DNA from: Phaeobacter phage MD18
Direction: 5' to 3' (one strand)
Sequence record: MT270409.1
DNA: 24,000 nucleotides
The translations under genes were made by a program, and so were the position numbers. Shown one piece after another: positions 1-8,125 of the stretch; position 1 is the stretch's first letter, and each line of letters begins with the position of its first letter. The notes beneath the pieces are model-generated. The model worked only from the letters and a program-made list of their open reading frames with translations. It was not told the DNA's origin and did no database searches.

Positions 1-224
1 ACCTGCGGGGGCTCTACGCCTTCCGAGGGTTCCGAGGCCGGTTCCGGTTCTGAAGGTGTCGCGGCTTCGATTGCAGCGGCAGACGTGCTGCTCTTGTCCC
101 ATTTGTACCCGCCCATGGCAACAAGTTCCCGGGCGTTCAGTCGGGTACACTCATGCGGTTCGCCGTCGACGGTATAGATCGTGACCTTATCGTAGGCCGC
201 GTTGAAAAAGTTATTCACAGACAT
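1..224 (-). CDS. Hypothetical phage protein, partial (runs off left edge): MSVNNFFNAAYDKVTIYTVDGEPHECTRLNARELVAMGGYKWDKSS...
   Basis: Open frame from ATG at 224 to window edge; followed upstream by a terminator-like hairpin; not in supplied ORF track because truncated. Confidence 0.6.
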   Translation of the reverse strand, partial: MSVNNFFNAAYDKVTIYTVDGEPHECTRLNARELVAMGGYKWDKSSTSAAAIEAATPSEPEPASEPSEGVEPPQ

Positions 225-255
225 GCCGGGGTCTCCTGAATGTTAAAGGGGGAAA

Positions 256-276
256 GGGCGGCGATTTTCGCCGCCC
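256..276 (-). terminator. Intergenic stem-loop GGGCGGCGA-TTT-TCGCCGCCC
   Basis: Perfect 9-bp inverted repeat between two minus-strand genes. Confidence 0.5.
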
Positions 277-295
277 CTTCAATTCATCCGGCTTA

Positions 296-724
296 TCAGA
301 CCAGCCACGCCGAGAACGTGATGCTCTCGTTGGTGGTCGGGGTACCAGCGAACGCGAGATTCAGTTCGATCTCCGCGTGATCGTCGTCGAGCTTCTCGAT
401 GGTTGCGGCATCCAGCTCGAACACGTACTGACCGGTCTTGGTCACGTTGATCGGGCCTGCAACAACGGTCGCAGCAGCACCCTCGGCACCGACTTCAACC
501 GAGAAGTTGTACTCTTCCGCGCCGGGAGTGGCGACGGATTCGACGACAACAACCAGCTTGTAGCGCTCTGCGCCAAGGCTACCACGGCGGGAGCCGGGGC
601 GGACCTTTTCCATTTTGTCCAGCGCAACTGCGCCGACTGCACCTGCTGCGGTAACAGCCGCCGAGCCGGGAGCGCGGAACGCGGTCTCAGCATCGTAGAT
701 GTAGTTCACTTCGGAACGTGCCAT
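296..724 (-). CDS. Putative structural/decoration-type head protein (142 aa)
   Basis: Complete ORF next to the capsid gene; beta-rich, Ala/Val/Gly-rich composition. Confidence 0.7.
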   Translation of the reverse strand: MARSEVNYIYDAETAFRAPGSAAVTAAGAVGAVALDKMEKVRPGSRRGSLGAERYKLVVVVESVATPGAEEYNFSVEVGAEGAAATVVAGPINVTKTGQYVFELDAATIEKLDDDHAEIELNLAFAGTPTTNESITFSAWLV

Positions 725-759
725 TGTTCAGTTTCTCCTTGAACTCTGAGGGGGGTAAA

Positions 760-782
760 GAGGGGGTCTCTTGGACCCCCTC
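760..782 (-). terminator. Stem-loop after capsid gene (GAGGGGGTC-CAAGA-GACCCCCTC TTTA on minus strand)
   Basis: Perfect 9-bp inverted repeat just downstream of the 789..1715 stop. Confidence 0.55.
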
Positions 783-788
783 AGGTCA

Positions 789-1715
789 TTACTTCGTGAC
801 AGCAGCCTTGCTGATGCCGCGGAGACGTGCAGCCGCACGACCGTGCAGTACAGCCATACCGACAAGCCACTCGACGCGGGTCAGCATCGCAGGCTGGGTC
901 GGCATCTCGCCGAGGTCACGGACTTCCATGACGCCGTTCTGCAGACCAGTGACGCCCTCGTCGCCCATGTTGACCGCGTAGATCGAGGACGCGGTTGCGG
1001 TGGAGCCGCCTGCCCCGACTTCGTTGAAGTCGATGATCTGCTTGCCCTCTGCGTCGTAGTCAGTGACCACGATGGGCAGGCCGTCAAACATGGTGACACG
1101 ACGACCGAACTCGTCCTTGTCGTATGCGATATAGCCACCAATGGTGGTATCGGTCGCAGCCGCAGACAGCAGGTTGCGCATCTTCTTCGACATGATCAGG
1201 TGGGTCGGGTTATCGACCGCGTCGATCAGGTCGCGCAGGGCAGATACGGACAGCGGGTCGCCGCCATCGGTGCTGCCTGCATCCAGAAGCTGGTCGCCCC
1301 GGATACGGGTGCGGAGGCCGTCGAATTCACGCGGATCGGCGGTGGAGTCACCGTTGATCATCTTCGCGCCGATGGTCAGAGACAGCGCCTTGACCTGCCG
1401 CAGCTCGTGCTGAGACCGGACCTCGTTGCCGTGCATCTTCAGGACCGCGTTGTCGACCTTCAGTTCGCCGCCACCGATGCGCAGACGCTCGGTTTCCGGG
1501 TTCATGATACCCGCCGACGCTTCATAGCCCTCGTTCACGCCACGGAAGGCGACGCCCGGGAGCTGCCCTTCGAGGTTGTAGACGTAGGCACCACCAGCAA
1601 CGTCGATGAACGGCGTCACGCGGAGGAGGTCTGAGGTAAAGGCGAAGTGCTCGATAATGGTGTTACGGAGTACTTCACCGGGGTTGAGCTTTGCAGCTTC
1701 AAGCAGAGTGATCAC
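789..1715 (-). CDS. Major capsid protein-like (308 aa)
   Basis: Protein MITLLEAAKLNPGEVLRNTIIEHFAFTSDLLRVTPFIDVAGGAYVYNLEGQLPGVAFRGVNEGYE... resembles phage major capsid proteins; position downstream of scaffold and portal. Confidence 0.8.
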   Translation of the reverse strand: MITLLEAAKLNPGEVLRNTIIEHFAFTSDLLRVTPFIDVAGGAYVYNLEGQLPGVAFRGVNEGYEASAGIMNPETERLRIGGGELKVDNAVLKMHGNEVRSQHELRQVKALSLTIGAKMINGDSTADPREFDGLRTRIRGDQLLDAGSTDGGDPLSVSALRDLIDAVDNPTHLIMSKKMRNLLSAAATDTTIGGYIAYDKDEFGRRVTMFDGLPIVVTDYDAEGKQIIDFNEVGAGGSTATASSIYAVNMGDEGVTGLQNGVMEVRDLGEMPTQPAMLTRVEWLVGMAVLHGRAAARLRGISKAAVTK

Positions 1716-1911
1716 GTTGATTCTCCTAGTTTCGGATTGCTTGCTTCGGTTCGAAAACGGGCTGGGAAGCAGGCTCCCCGAGCCTGAAGCGCGTCCTTGG
1801 CTCAGCCCACTGCACCAAAGACATTTTATGTGACATCACAGCCCGCACCGCGGGCGTAATGTCAGTTATTGTGACACAGGAGGGCGCAATAAACGCCCTC
1901 CCGGGTTTCAA

Positions 1912-2718
1912 TCAGGCGAGGCCGTGCTTACGCGCATAGTTCATGCGCTGCTGCGGCGTCATCTGCGCCAGCTCTGCCGCGGACAAGCGTCCTGCCGTCT
2001 TCTGGTCCGAACCGCTCGCGCCGCCGCCCTTCGATCCCTTGAACAGGAAGTCAGAGTCTTCGCGCTGCTTGAGCAGCCATTCCTTGACGGTCATGGGAGT
2101 CACACCGTCAGAGCCGTAAATAATAGTTCCATCCGCCGTCTTCGGCGTCAGCTTGCCGCCATCCTCGACCTTAAAGACCCGGAAGGCCGCAGGAAGTACG
2201 AGATTGACAGCCTTGTCGAGCATCGCCACATCCGGGTCACTCGCCGCCAAACGGATCGAGTTTTCGACCATCATCTGGTTTGCTCGTTCCTCAGCGCCCT
2301 TTGCCCGTTCCTTGTGTGCGTCGCGTTCCCGAGCCAGCTCAGAAAGCTGAGACTTGAACGAGTTGGTCACTTCCGTGACCCGCGCAGCCGCTGCTTCTTC
2401 GAGCGACGTGTTTTCCACCAGCGCACCGTCTTCCACCTTTTTCTTGGTGTCGCGGAGCGTTTCCAGCGTCTTTGCAAAATCTTCCAGCTTCCCTTCGCCG
2501 AGCTGTTCCAGCGATACGCCGGTAACCTGCTCGTACTTGGTAACCTTGCCGATCAGATCGTCACGCTCCTGAGAAAGCTTTACGTTGCTTTCACGGAATT
2601 CCCGGACCTTGTCAGCGGGAGCGACCTTGACCGTGTAGACGCCATTTTCCCCTTCCTTTGCGGTTTCGCGAAGGTCCTCAGGGACCTCAGAGAGGGAGTT
2701 AAAGGTGAGAGTTGCCAT
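1912..2718 (-). CDS. Scaffold-like phage protein (268 aa, coiled-coil)
   Basis: Start MATLTFNSLSEVPEDLRE; long charged coiled-coil region, C-terminal SAAELAQMTPQQRMNYARKHGLA; located between portal and capsid genes. Confidence 0.7.
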   Translation of the reverse strand: MATLTFNSLSEVPEDLRETAKEGENGVYTVKVAPADKVREFRESNVKLSQERDDLIGKVTKYEQVTGVSLEQLGEGKLEDFAKTLETLRDTKKKVEDGALVENTSLEEAAAARVTEVTNSFKSQLSELARERDAHKERAKGAEERANQMMVENSIRLAASDPDVAMLDKAVNLVLPAAFRVFKVEDGGKLTPKTADGTIIYGSDGVTPMTVKEWLLKQREDSDFLFKGSKGGGASGSDQKTAGRLSAAELAQMTPQQRMNYARKHGLA

Positions 2719-2858
2719 GTATGATTCCACACCGCCCCGCGGCGTGCCCTTGCTTATGTGAACCAGTGCCCCCGGCACTGGGTGAGGGTGGGACCCCTCA
2801 TGTGCGATATGTCACGGAAAATGTCACATCCGAGAAATAAATCGTCTTGATGCTGGTA

Positions 2859-2887
2859 TTAGTATCTCACGCAAGGCAAAATGTCAA
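2859..2887 (-). promoter_or_regulatory. Sigma70-like promoter TTGACA-17-TACTAA upstream of scaffold/capsid
   Basis: Minus strand TTGACAttttgccttgcgtgagaTACTAA. Confidence 0.45.
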
Positions 2888-2935
2888 GATTTTGCACATA
2901 AACGGGTCAGATGCAAGCGAAAATTGCTAAAAATC

Positions 2936-3139
2936 CTAGAATTCTTCTGGACTATCGAACAAGAAGTCCGTTTCACAGTACCTCTCCGCATAGGACGATG
3001 CCGCTTCAGGTCCTACAAGGCACTTGAATTCGTCCAAGGTCAGGTTGCCCGCGTCATACTCTCCGTAGGCTTCTGCTGCATCGACATCGATCTCATCAAA
3101 GTCGGCATATACTGGGTTGGTGCCCCGCTTGATCTTCAT
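2936..3139 (-). CDS. Small hypothetical protein (MKIKRGTNPVYADFDEIDVDAAEAYGEYDAG...)
   Basis: Internal ATG of ORF 2936..3244; phage-like small acidic protein. Confidence 0.5.
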   Translation of the reverse strand: MKIKRGTNPVYADFDEIDVDAAEAYGEYDAGNLTLDEFKCLVGPEAASSYAERYCETDFLFDSPEEF

Positions 3140-3150
3140 CGGCTTGCCTT

Positions 3151-3417
3151 TCAGCAGGTTGCGGGGCCCAACCCTGTCGGGCAGTGCTGATCGGAGCATG
3201 CGTATCCCATGACGCTGCTCAAAGAGATTCCACACTTGGCGCACTTTGGCAGAGGGAGCTCACTGGGAGCGTTGTAGGGTGCCACAGGGCTATAGGCGGG
3301 AATACTGGGAGCGGGAGGAGTTGCAGATGCCTCTGCAACCTCCTTCCTAATATCGCGCAGCTCTTCGAGGATCTTTTCTAGAAGAGCATACACATCGTTG
3401 TGACCCTTGCTTGTCAT
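3151..3417 (-). CDS. Small protein with Cys/His zinc-ribbon-like pattern (CAKCGISLSS...CSDQHC)
   Basis: Complete ORF abutting portal gene. Confidence 0.55.
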   Translation of the reverse strand: MTSKGHNDVYALLEKILEELRDIRKEVAEASATPPAPSIPAYSPVAPYNAPSELPLPKCAKCGISLSSVMGYACSDQHCPTGLGPATC

Positions 3418-5093
3418 CAGGCCGCGTTCCTGCCCTTCTGATCTTCTCGCTTCTGAGCCTCCATGACATCTCGCGCCTGCTGCGGAACCGGGGGCATGTC
3501 AGGATCATCCGCAGAAGGTCGGACTTCCTGTGCCCGCTTAGCCAGCTTGACCTCGTGATCTAGCTGTTCCTTCCGAGCCTTTTCTTCCAAGGCAGACTTG
3601 GCATCCGGGAACCCAGACATCCGAGCAAGGACATCAACCATGTGCGGGAACTGCTTGGAGTCTTCGAGGAGGCTTTTATACTCGTCGGCGTCCATCCACT
3701 CCGGGATGACCTCAGCCTTACGAAGGTACTCATAGACTGCATCGACCGGAATTACCCCGTCCGCATACATCTGGTGGATCGCTCGGAACTCCCGAGCACC
3801 GATATCCTTCAGGAGGAAGTCACGGTTCACCTCGAACACGATCTTATCGATCACTCCGCTTGATGCGTTGTTCCAATCAGCCCACCACTGCAAGACCTTG
3901 GTGAAGGCCTCATCCATGGTGTCGGAGATATTGAGGAGCAACGTCTGCTCGTTCTGCTCCTTCATCTTCAGACTGTTGTCACTCTCCGCAGCGCCGCTGG
4001 TCCCCCCCGGCATCATACGTCCGCCGATTGCTGCGATCTGGGATTCCTTGCCCTCCAGCGCGCTTTCAAGGAACTTCAGGCCGTGTCCCTGAAACTCAAT
4101 GACGCCTGCCTTGCCCTCCTTTCCAAGCTCCCAAACCACATCCGGACCGACGAAGTACTCGCCTTCTCCGTCATCCGCTGTACCGGATGAAGTGTAATAC
4201 ACCGGAGTCGCGGTAAAAAACCGGCCCTGCTCAAGCTGGGCGTAAGACATGTAGTGGCTCAGGTTCAAGGTCACGATGTCGAGGATAGGGGGTTTCTGGA
4301 CGTCAGGATGGTTGGTGAACGGCCCAAGGACCACAAACGGAATGTAGTCCAAAACTTCCCCACGCACTGTCGGCGTGATGATATCGTCCGGGATCGCCTC
4401 AAAGTCCGGGAGACCGTGCATTTCGCGGTCCTCATAGACATGCTGCTCGTAGACATACCCGCCATCGTCAAGCTCGTGGAGGACGAGGACGCGGAAACGG
4501 GATGTATATTCGTAAGGGGAGATGTACTTGGCCTTGTCGCGCTGGTACGCGATCTCCCGAAGGATCACCCGGGTGAACTGCCATTCACCGTTGATCTCTT
4601 CCACCTGCCAGTCGAGAATGTTCTCTGCGGTGTAGGTGGCAACGTAGGCGCTTCCAACCCCGTCCGGAGACGCGTCCACCAGCATACCATACCGACCTAC
4701 CGCAAGAACTTCCTTCGCTGCAGTCTTCGCAGTCAGATGGAGAGACATCCCATCCTTGGAAAACTTGCGGGATTCCTTTGACAGATTCTTGGGAAGACCA
4801 GACACCTTGGGATTGCGCCGGAACATCGTTCCGTACAGCGCATTCAAAGTCTTCGAGGTCATGTTGAAGAAGACCGCGCGATGCAGGTAAGCATCGTACT
4901 GCTGCTGGTCATGCCCTGCCAGCTTGGGAAGGTATACCTCACGCTTGCGCTTGATCTCCACTTCGCCGATTTCGGCGTCGCGGATCATGCGCCACATGGG
5001 GCTCCAATACTGATAGTCTGGATGGAGGACGGGGGATGCGTTAAACGCAACGTCTACCGTTGCCTTTGTCCGGGGATTTGGATAACTGCTCAT
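3417..5093 (-). CDS. Portal protein (DUF4055-like), 558 aa
   Basis: Sequence NPRTKATVDVAFNASPVLHPDYQYWSPMWRMIRDAEIGEVEIKRKREVYLPKL... and size/position match portal proteins of this family. Confidence 0.8.
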   Translation of the reverse strand: MSSYPNPRTKATVDVAFNASPVLHPDYQYWSPMWRMIRDAEIGEVEIKRKREVYLPKLAGHDQQQYDAYLHRAVFFNMTSKTLNALYGTMFRRNPKVSGLPKNLSKESRKFSKDGMSLHLTAKTAAKEVLAVGRYGMLVDASPDGVGSAYVATYTAENILDWQVEEINGEWQFTRVILREIAYQRDKAKYISPYEYTSRFRVLVLHELDDGGYVYEQHVYEDREMHGLPDFEAIPDDIITPTVRGEVLDYIPFVVLGPFTNHPDVQKPPILDIVTLNLSHYMSYAQLEQGRFFTATPVYYTSSGTADDGEGEYFVGPDVVWELGKEGKAGVIEFQGHGLKFLESALEGKESQIAAIGGRMMPGGTSGAAESDNSLKMKEQNEQTLLLNISDTMDEAFTKVLQWWADWNNASSGVIDKIVFEVNRDFLLKDIGAREFRAIHQMYADGVIPVDAVYEYLRKAEVIPEWMDADEYKSLLEDSKQFPHMVDVLARMSGFPDAKSALEEKARKEQLDHEVKLAKRAQEVRPSADDPDMPPVPQQARDVMEAQKREDQKGRNAA

Positions 5094-5119
5094 ATGACTT
5101 TTGCCCTGTTTGCCTCACA

Positions 5120-5147
5120 TTTGTAAGGCAAACTGGCAAAAAGTCAA
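5120..5147 (-). promoter_or_regulatory. Promoter candidate TTGACT-16-TACAAA upstream of portal gene
   Basis: Minus strand TTGACTttttgccagtttgcctTACAAA just upstream of the start at 5093. Confidence 0.35.
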
Positions 5148-5175
5148 CAATTTGAGCACAACGGGTCATTTTGAC

Positions 5176-5478
5176 TTACGCTGCCGCAACCCCAAAGGCG
5201 CTATTTGCTCCCGCCTCAACGAGGCGATCCATCTCTTCTCGGTTCAGAGATGCACTCAGGGAGCCGAACATCTTCCCGTCCATTACCTCGGCACCTTGGG
5301 TACGGAAGTCAGAGACCTTTACCATATCGGACGCTTCCAGCATCCCTACAGGGGTCTGCTTCCGCATGGTGTATTGGATGTGTGTTTGCGCCGCTCCCGC
5401 ATGGATTGTGCTGCGCTCGAACGAGACATGGAGCAGCGTGACTGCACCCGATTCCTCCTCAGGCTTTTTCGGCAACAT
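5176..5478 (-). CDS. Hypothetical protein (100 aa)
   Basis: Complete ORF MLPKKPEEESGAVTLLHVSFERSTIHAG... Confidence 0.5.
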   Translation of the reverse strand: MLPKKPEEESGAVTLLHVSFERSTIHAGAAQTHIQYTMRKQTPVGMLEASDMVKVSDFRTQGAEVMDGKMFGSLSASLNREEMDRLVEAGANSAFGVAAA

Positions 5479-5650
5479 CTCCCTCTCCTTTCCAAGTAAT
5501 AAGTAGTCTTAACGTGAGTGTCAGTTATACTTACGGATAGGAGGCGTGCAAGTATCTATTTTCCTTTTTTGACCTATCAAGGGCAAATTCTCAATAAGCG
5601 TCTATTTTCAATGACACAAATTTTGAATCGTCAATTTGGCTGTCCATGTA

Positions 5651-5725
5651 TGGTCAGGGCGACTGGGATCGAACCAGCGGCCTCTCGGTTCCCGACCGAG
5701 CGCTCTACCCCTGAGCTACGCCCTG
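5651..5725 (-). tRNA. tRNA-Pro(GGG), C33 instead of U33
   Basis: CAGGGCG...CTCGG TCGGGAA CCGAG...TTCGATC...CGCCCTG-A-CCA. Confidence 0.85.
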
Positions 5726-5734
5726 TTCTGTTGA

Positions 5735-5809
5735 TGGTGCTGGCGGGGAGATTCGAACTCCCGACCTTCGCTTTACGAGAGCGCTGCTCTACCACTGAGC
5801 TACGCCAGC
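5735..5809 (-). tRNA. tRNA-Thr(CGT)
   Basis: GCTGGCG...loop CTCGTAA...CGCCAGC-A-CCA. Confidence 0.9.
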
Positions 5810-5810
5810 A

Positions 5811-5885
5811 TGGCCCGCCCGGTAGGACTCGAACCTACAGCCCCGGGGATAGGAGCCCCGTGCTCTTCCTTTGAGCTACGAGCGG
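5811..5885 (-). tRNA. tRNA-Arg(CCT)
   Basis: CCGCTCG...CGGGG CTCCTAT CCCCG...CGGGCGG-G-CCA. Confidence 0.85.
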
Positions 5886-5889
5886 ATTA

Positions 5890-5976
5890 TGGCGGACAGC
5901 GGAGGTCTCGATCCCCACACCTTTCGGTGCCAGACGCTTTCCAAGCGCCGCCGGTCACCTGACCGGTTCACTGCCC
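5890..5976 (-). tRNA. tRNA-Ser(GGA), type II
   Basis: GGGCAGT...D-arm ACCGGTCAGGTGACCGG...loop TTGGAAA...long variable arm...GCTGTCC-G-CCA; T-loop ATCGAGA. Confidence 0.8.
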
Positions 5977-6014
5977 AATGTGACAGGCGCTGACGCCTGT
6001 CACTAATGGTGTCA

Positions 6015-6500
6015 TCAGTGCGCGCGTGAGAACCCCCCGCGCACGCCGTGGTCCGCCGCATATGACGCCGCAAATGCGTACGGCTTAGCCTTGACCTCAC
6101 AGCCAATGGTACCGAGGACAATCCCCCGAGCCGCGCCCAGAGCACAGTTTGAACCATGCTCTTCACTCTCGTTGATGTCCAAATGGACCTCTACTTCACG
6201 CTCCATCAGCCCCTCTTGGAGCTGCTGGTACGCTTCGATGGATTTGTAGGCCTCGTTCATCATCCGCATGTACGGACGGTCATGGCGCTGATCGTAGTCT
6301 TCCATCGCCTCAGTGTCGCAGAAGACCTTACATCCCTTGCTGTTGTCCACATGCACCACGACAGCCGTGGTGTACGAGGCGACCCAGTCGCCCTGCTTGT
6401 TCTTGCGGCGGCTGCTATCGCAGCCAATGTAGACCTTTGATTCCGGAGACACCTTCGAGAGGTAGGCCTTGATCTCTTCCACTAAAGCAGGGCGCAGCAT
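6015..6500 (-). CDS. YkuK/DUF458-like predicted RNase H-fold protein (161 aa)
   Basis: MLRPALVEEIKAYLSKVSPESKVYIGCDSSRRKNKQGDWVASYTTAVVV...VEVHLDINESEEHGSN...EVKAKPYAFAASYAADH. Confidence 0.75.
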   Translation of the reverse strand: MLRPALVEEIKAYLSKVSPESKVYIGCDSSRRKNKQGDWVASYTTAVVVHVDNSKGCKVFCDTEAMEDYDQRHDRPYMRMMNEAYKSIEAYQQLQEGLMEREVEVHLDINESEEHGSNCALGAARGIVLGTIGCEVKAKPYAFAASYAADHGVRGGFSRAH

Positions 6501-6516
6501 TGTCTTTTCTCCTTGG

Positions 6517-6966
6517 CTACGGGTGCAGCTCCAGACCTGCCAACGCGGAAACCGGGTGAGACAGCCTGCACGGAGTGAATACATACGCACAGGTATTGAT
6601 CGGGAGCAGATGGGTGACCGCGCCGTCCCGCAGAGGGTACGTCGGGTCGTGTACAACCGCGGCAGGATAGTTTTCTTCCGTAGCCGCACGCACGATTTCG
6701 TCCATCTCGCGCTCGGACGGGACCGCGAGGGTGATGGTGGTTCCAAATCCCTGATGCGTGCTTCCCTCCCACTCTTCCACAGCGGCGTGGATGAATGCGG
6801 AGTAGGCCTCAGGGCGCTCAACGTCCCGGATGAAGGCATTGGCCGCGTGAGCGGCCTGCGCCATCGCCTTTCCGGGGTTCATGGAGGCCATGTCGGTTCG
6901 CATGAGGATATAGAGTGTGGGCTCGCCCGTCCGGTCAGGGACCGCGGACATGTGGTGCTTCGTCAT
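6517..6966 (-). CDS. PTH2-family peptidyl-tRNA hydrolase-like protein (149 aa)
   Basis: LYILMRTDMASMNPGKAMAQAAHAANAF ... GFGTTITLAVPSEREMDEIVRAA ... THLLPINTCAYVF matches the PTH2 core pattern. Confidence 0.75.
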   Translation of the reverse strand: MTKHHMSAVPDRTGEPTLYILMRTDMASMNPGKAMAQAAHAANAFIRDVERPEAYSAFIHAAVEEWEGSTHQGFGTTITLAVPSEREMDEIVRAATEENYPAAVVHDPTYPLRDGAVTHLLPINTCAYVFTPCRLSHPVSALAGLELHP

Positions 6967-6987
6967 GTGTTATCCTGTCGGAAGTTT

Positions 6988-7074
6988 TGGCGGATGGCGG
7001 AGGTCACGATCCCCAGAGCCGTAGCTCCGTACCGGTTAGCAACCGGCCCCGGTCACCTGACCGGTTCACCATCC
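6988..7074 (-). tRNA. tRNA-Ser(GCT), type II, T-loop ATCGTGA
   Basis: GGATGGT...GCCGG TTGCTAA CCGGT...GCCATCC-G-CCA. Confidence 0.85.
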
Positions 7075-7256
7075 GTTGTCGGGAACTGGACCACCTGCGG
7101 GGCATAGCCCTCGCCTTCGCGGACCAAGGAGTTGACGGCCTCCGTCAGGAGGCGGACATTGTTCAGGTTCTCTACGCCGATCCCGCTAAGCGCTAGGTCG
7201 TGTAGACGGGCCGTGATCTGGATCAGATCGCCCTCGATTTGCTCTCTCTGTCGCAT
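7053..7256 (-). CDS. Small hypothetical protein (67 aa)
   Basis: MRQREQIEGDLIQITARLHDLALSGIGVENLNNVRLLTEAVNSLV...; overlaps the 5' end of the tRNA-Ser. Confidence 0.4.
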   Translation of the reverse strand: MRQREQIEGDLIQITARLHDLALSGIGVENLNNVRLLTEAVNSLVREGEGYAPQVVQFPTTDGEPVR

Positions 7257-7368
7257 CGTGATCGACGGAGCAGGTGCTCAACGTCTGGCAATTCTTAGAT
7301 GCCAGATTCGATGACGGGAGACAAGAACATAATGGGAACATCTGAATAAATAGCGCTTGAAGCTACTT

Positions 7369-7443
7369 TGGAGCTGCCGGAGAGTATCGAACTCTCGGCC
7401 TTTCCCTTACCACGGGAACGCTCTTCCACTGAGCTACGACAGC
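7369..7443 (-). tRNA. tRNA-Thr(GGT)
   Basis: GCTGTCG...TTCCC GTGGTAA GGGAA...CGGCAGC-T-CCA. Confidence 0.9.
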
Positions 7444-7448
7444 GTTTT

Positions 7449-7522
7449 TGGCAGGGGCGGAGGGAATCGAACCCTCCCACGCGGTTTTGGAGACCGCTGC
7501 TCTACCACTGAGCTACGCCCCT
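7449..7522 (-). tRNA. tRNA-Trp(CCA)
   Basis: AGGGGCG...GCGGT CTCCAAA ACCGC...CGCCCCT-G-CCA. Confidence 0.95.
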
Positions 7523-7523
7523 A

Positions 7524-7596
7524 TGGTGCTTGCGGAAGGAGTCGAACCTTCGTCACAGGGCTTCGGAGGCCCCGCACCAGCTCCGCTGGCGCAAGC
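7524..7596 (-). tRNA. tRNA-Arg(CCG)
   Basis: GCTTGCG...loop CTCCGAA...CGCAAGC-A-CCA. Confidence 0.9.
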
Positions 7597-7599
7597 GTC

Positions 7600-7686
7600 T
7601 GGCAGACAGCAGAGGAATCGAACCCCACACACGGATGTGCGCTCCGCTTTCAAGGCGGTCCCGGTCACCTGACCGGTTTACTGTCC
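7600..7686 (-). tRNA. tRNA-Ser(TGA), type II
   Basis: GGACAGT...D-arm ACCGGTCAGGTGACCGG...loop CTTGAAA...GCTGTCT-G-CCA. Confidence 0.85.
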
Positions 7687-7693
7687 ATATAAT

Positions 7694-7785
7694 TGGCGGA
7701 GAGCCGAGGTCTTGATCCCCATACCCATCACTGGGCACGTTCCGCTTTCGAGGCGGACCCGGCACGCCTGTCCGGTTGACTCTCC
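7694..7785 (-). tRNA. tRNA-Ser(CGA), type II
   Basis: GGAGAGT...TCCGC CTCGAAA GCGGA...GCTCTCC-G-CCA. Confidence 0.85.
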
Positions 7786-7786
7786 A

Positions 7787-7868
7787 TGGTAGGGGCGGAG
7801 GGATTCGAACCCTCATGCCGAAGCCACAGGGTTTGAAGCTGCTGCGTATACCGTTCCGCCACGCCCCC
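7787..7868 (-). tRNA. tRNA-Leu(CAA)
   Basis: GGGGGCG TGGCGGAACGGTATACGC...loop TTCAAAC...CGCCCCT-A-CCA. Confidence 0.85.
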
Positions 7869-7945
7869 AGAAATCGGTTCCGGTCTCTCCCGGCGGTCAC
7901 ACCACTCTTTCTTCCCAGCGCTAGGACAGCAGGTGTCGCGTAAAA

Positions 7946-8028
7946 TGGTGCCGATGGAGGGAGTCGAACCCTCATGCCCTAGGCCACGCCGTCTGAAGAC
8001 GCTGCGTATACCGTTCCGCCACATCGGC
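7946..8028 (-). tRNA. tRNA-Leu(CAG)
   Basis: GCCGATG TGGCGGAACGG...loop TTCAGAC...CATCGGC-A-CCA. Confidence 0.85.
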
Positions 8029-8029
8029 T

Positions 8030-8113
8030 TGGTGCCAGTGGAGGGAGTCGAACCCTCATGTCGTAAGACCACGCCCTCTCAAGACGCTGCGTATACCATT
8101 CCGCCACACTGGC
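8030..8113 (-). tRNA. tRNA-Leu(GAG)
   Basis: GCCAGTG TGGCGGAATGG...loop TTGAGAG...CACTGGC-A-CCA. Confidence 0.85.
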
Positions 8114-8125
8114 TTGTGTGTTGGG

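Noticed and set aside
377-1634. Plus-strand ORFs opposite the capsid-region genes (e.g. 771..1634, 287 aa)
   Set aside because: Antisense shadows of the well-supported structural genes in GC-rich DNA
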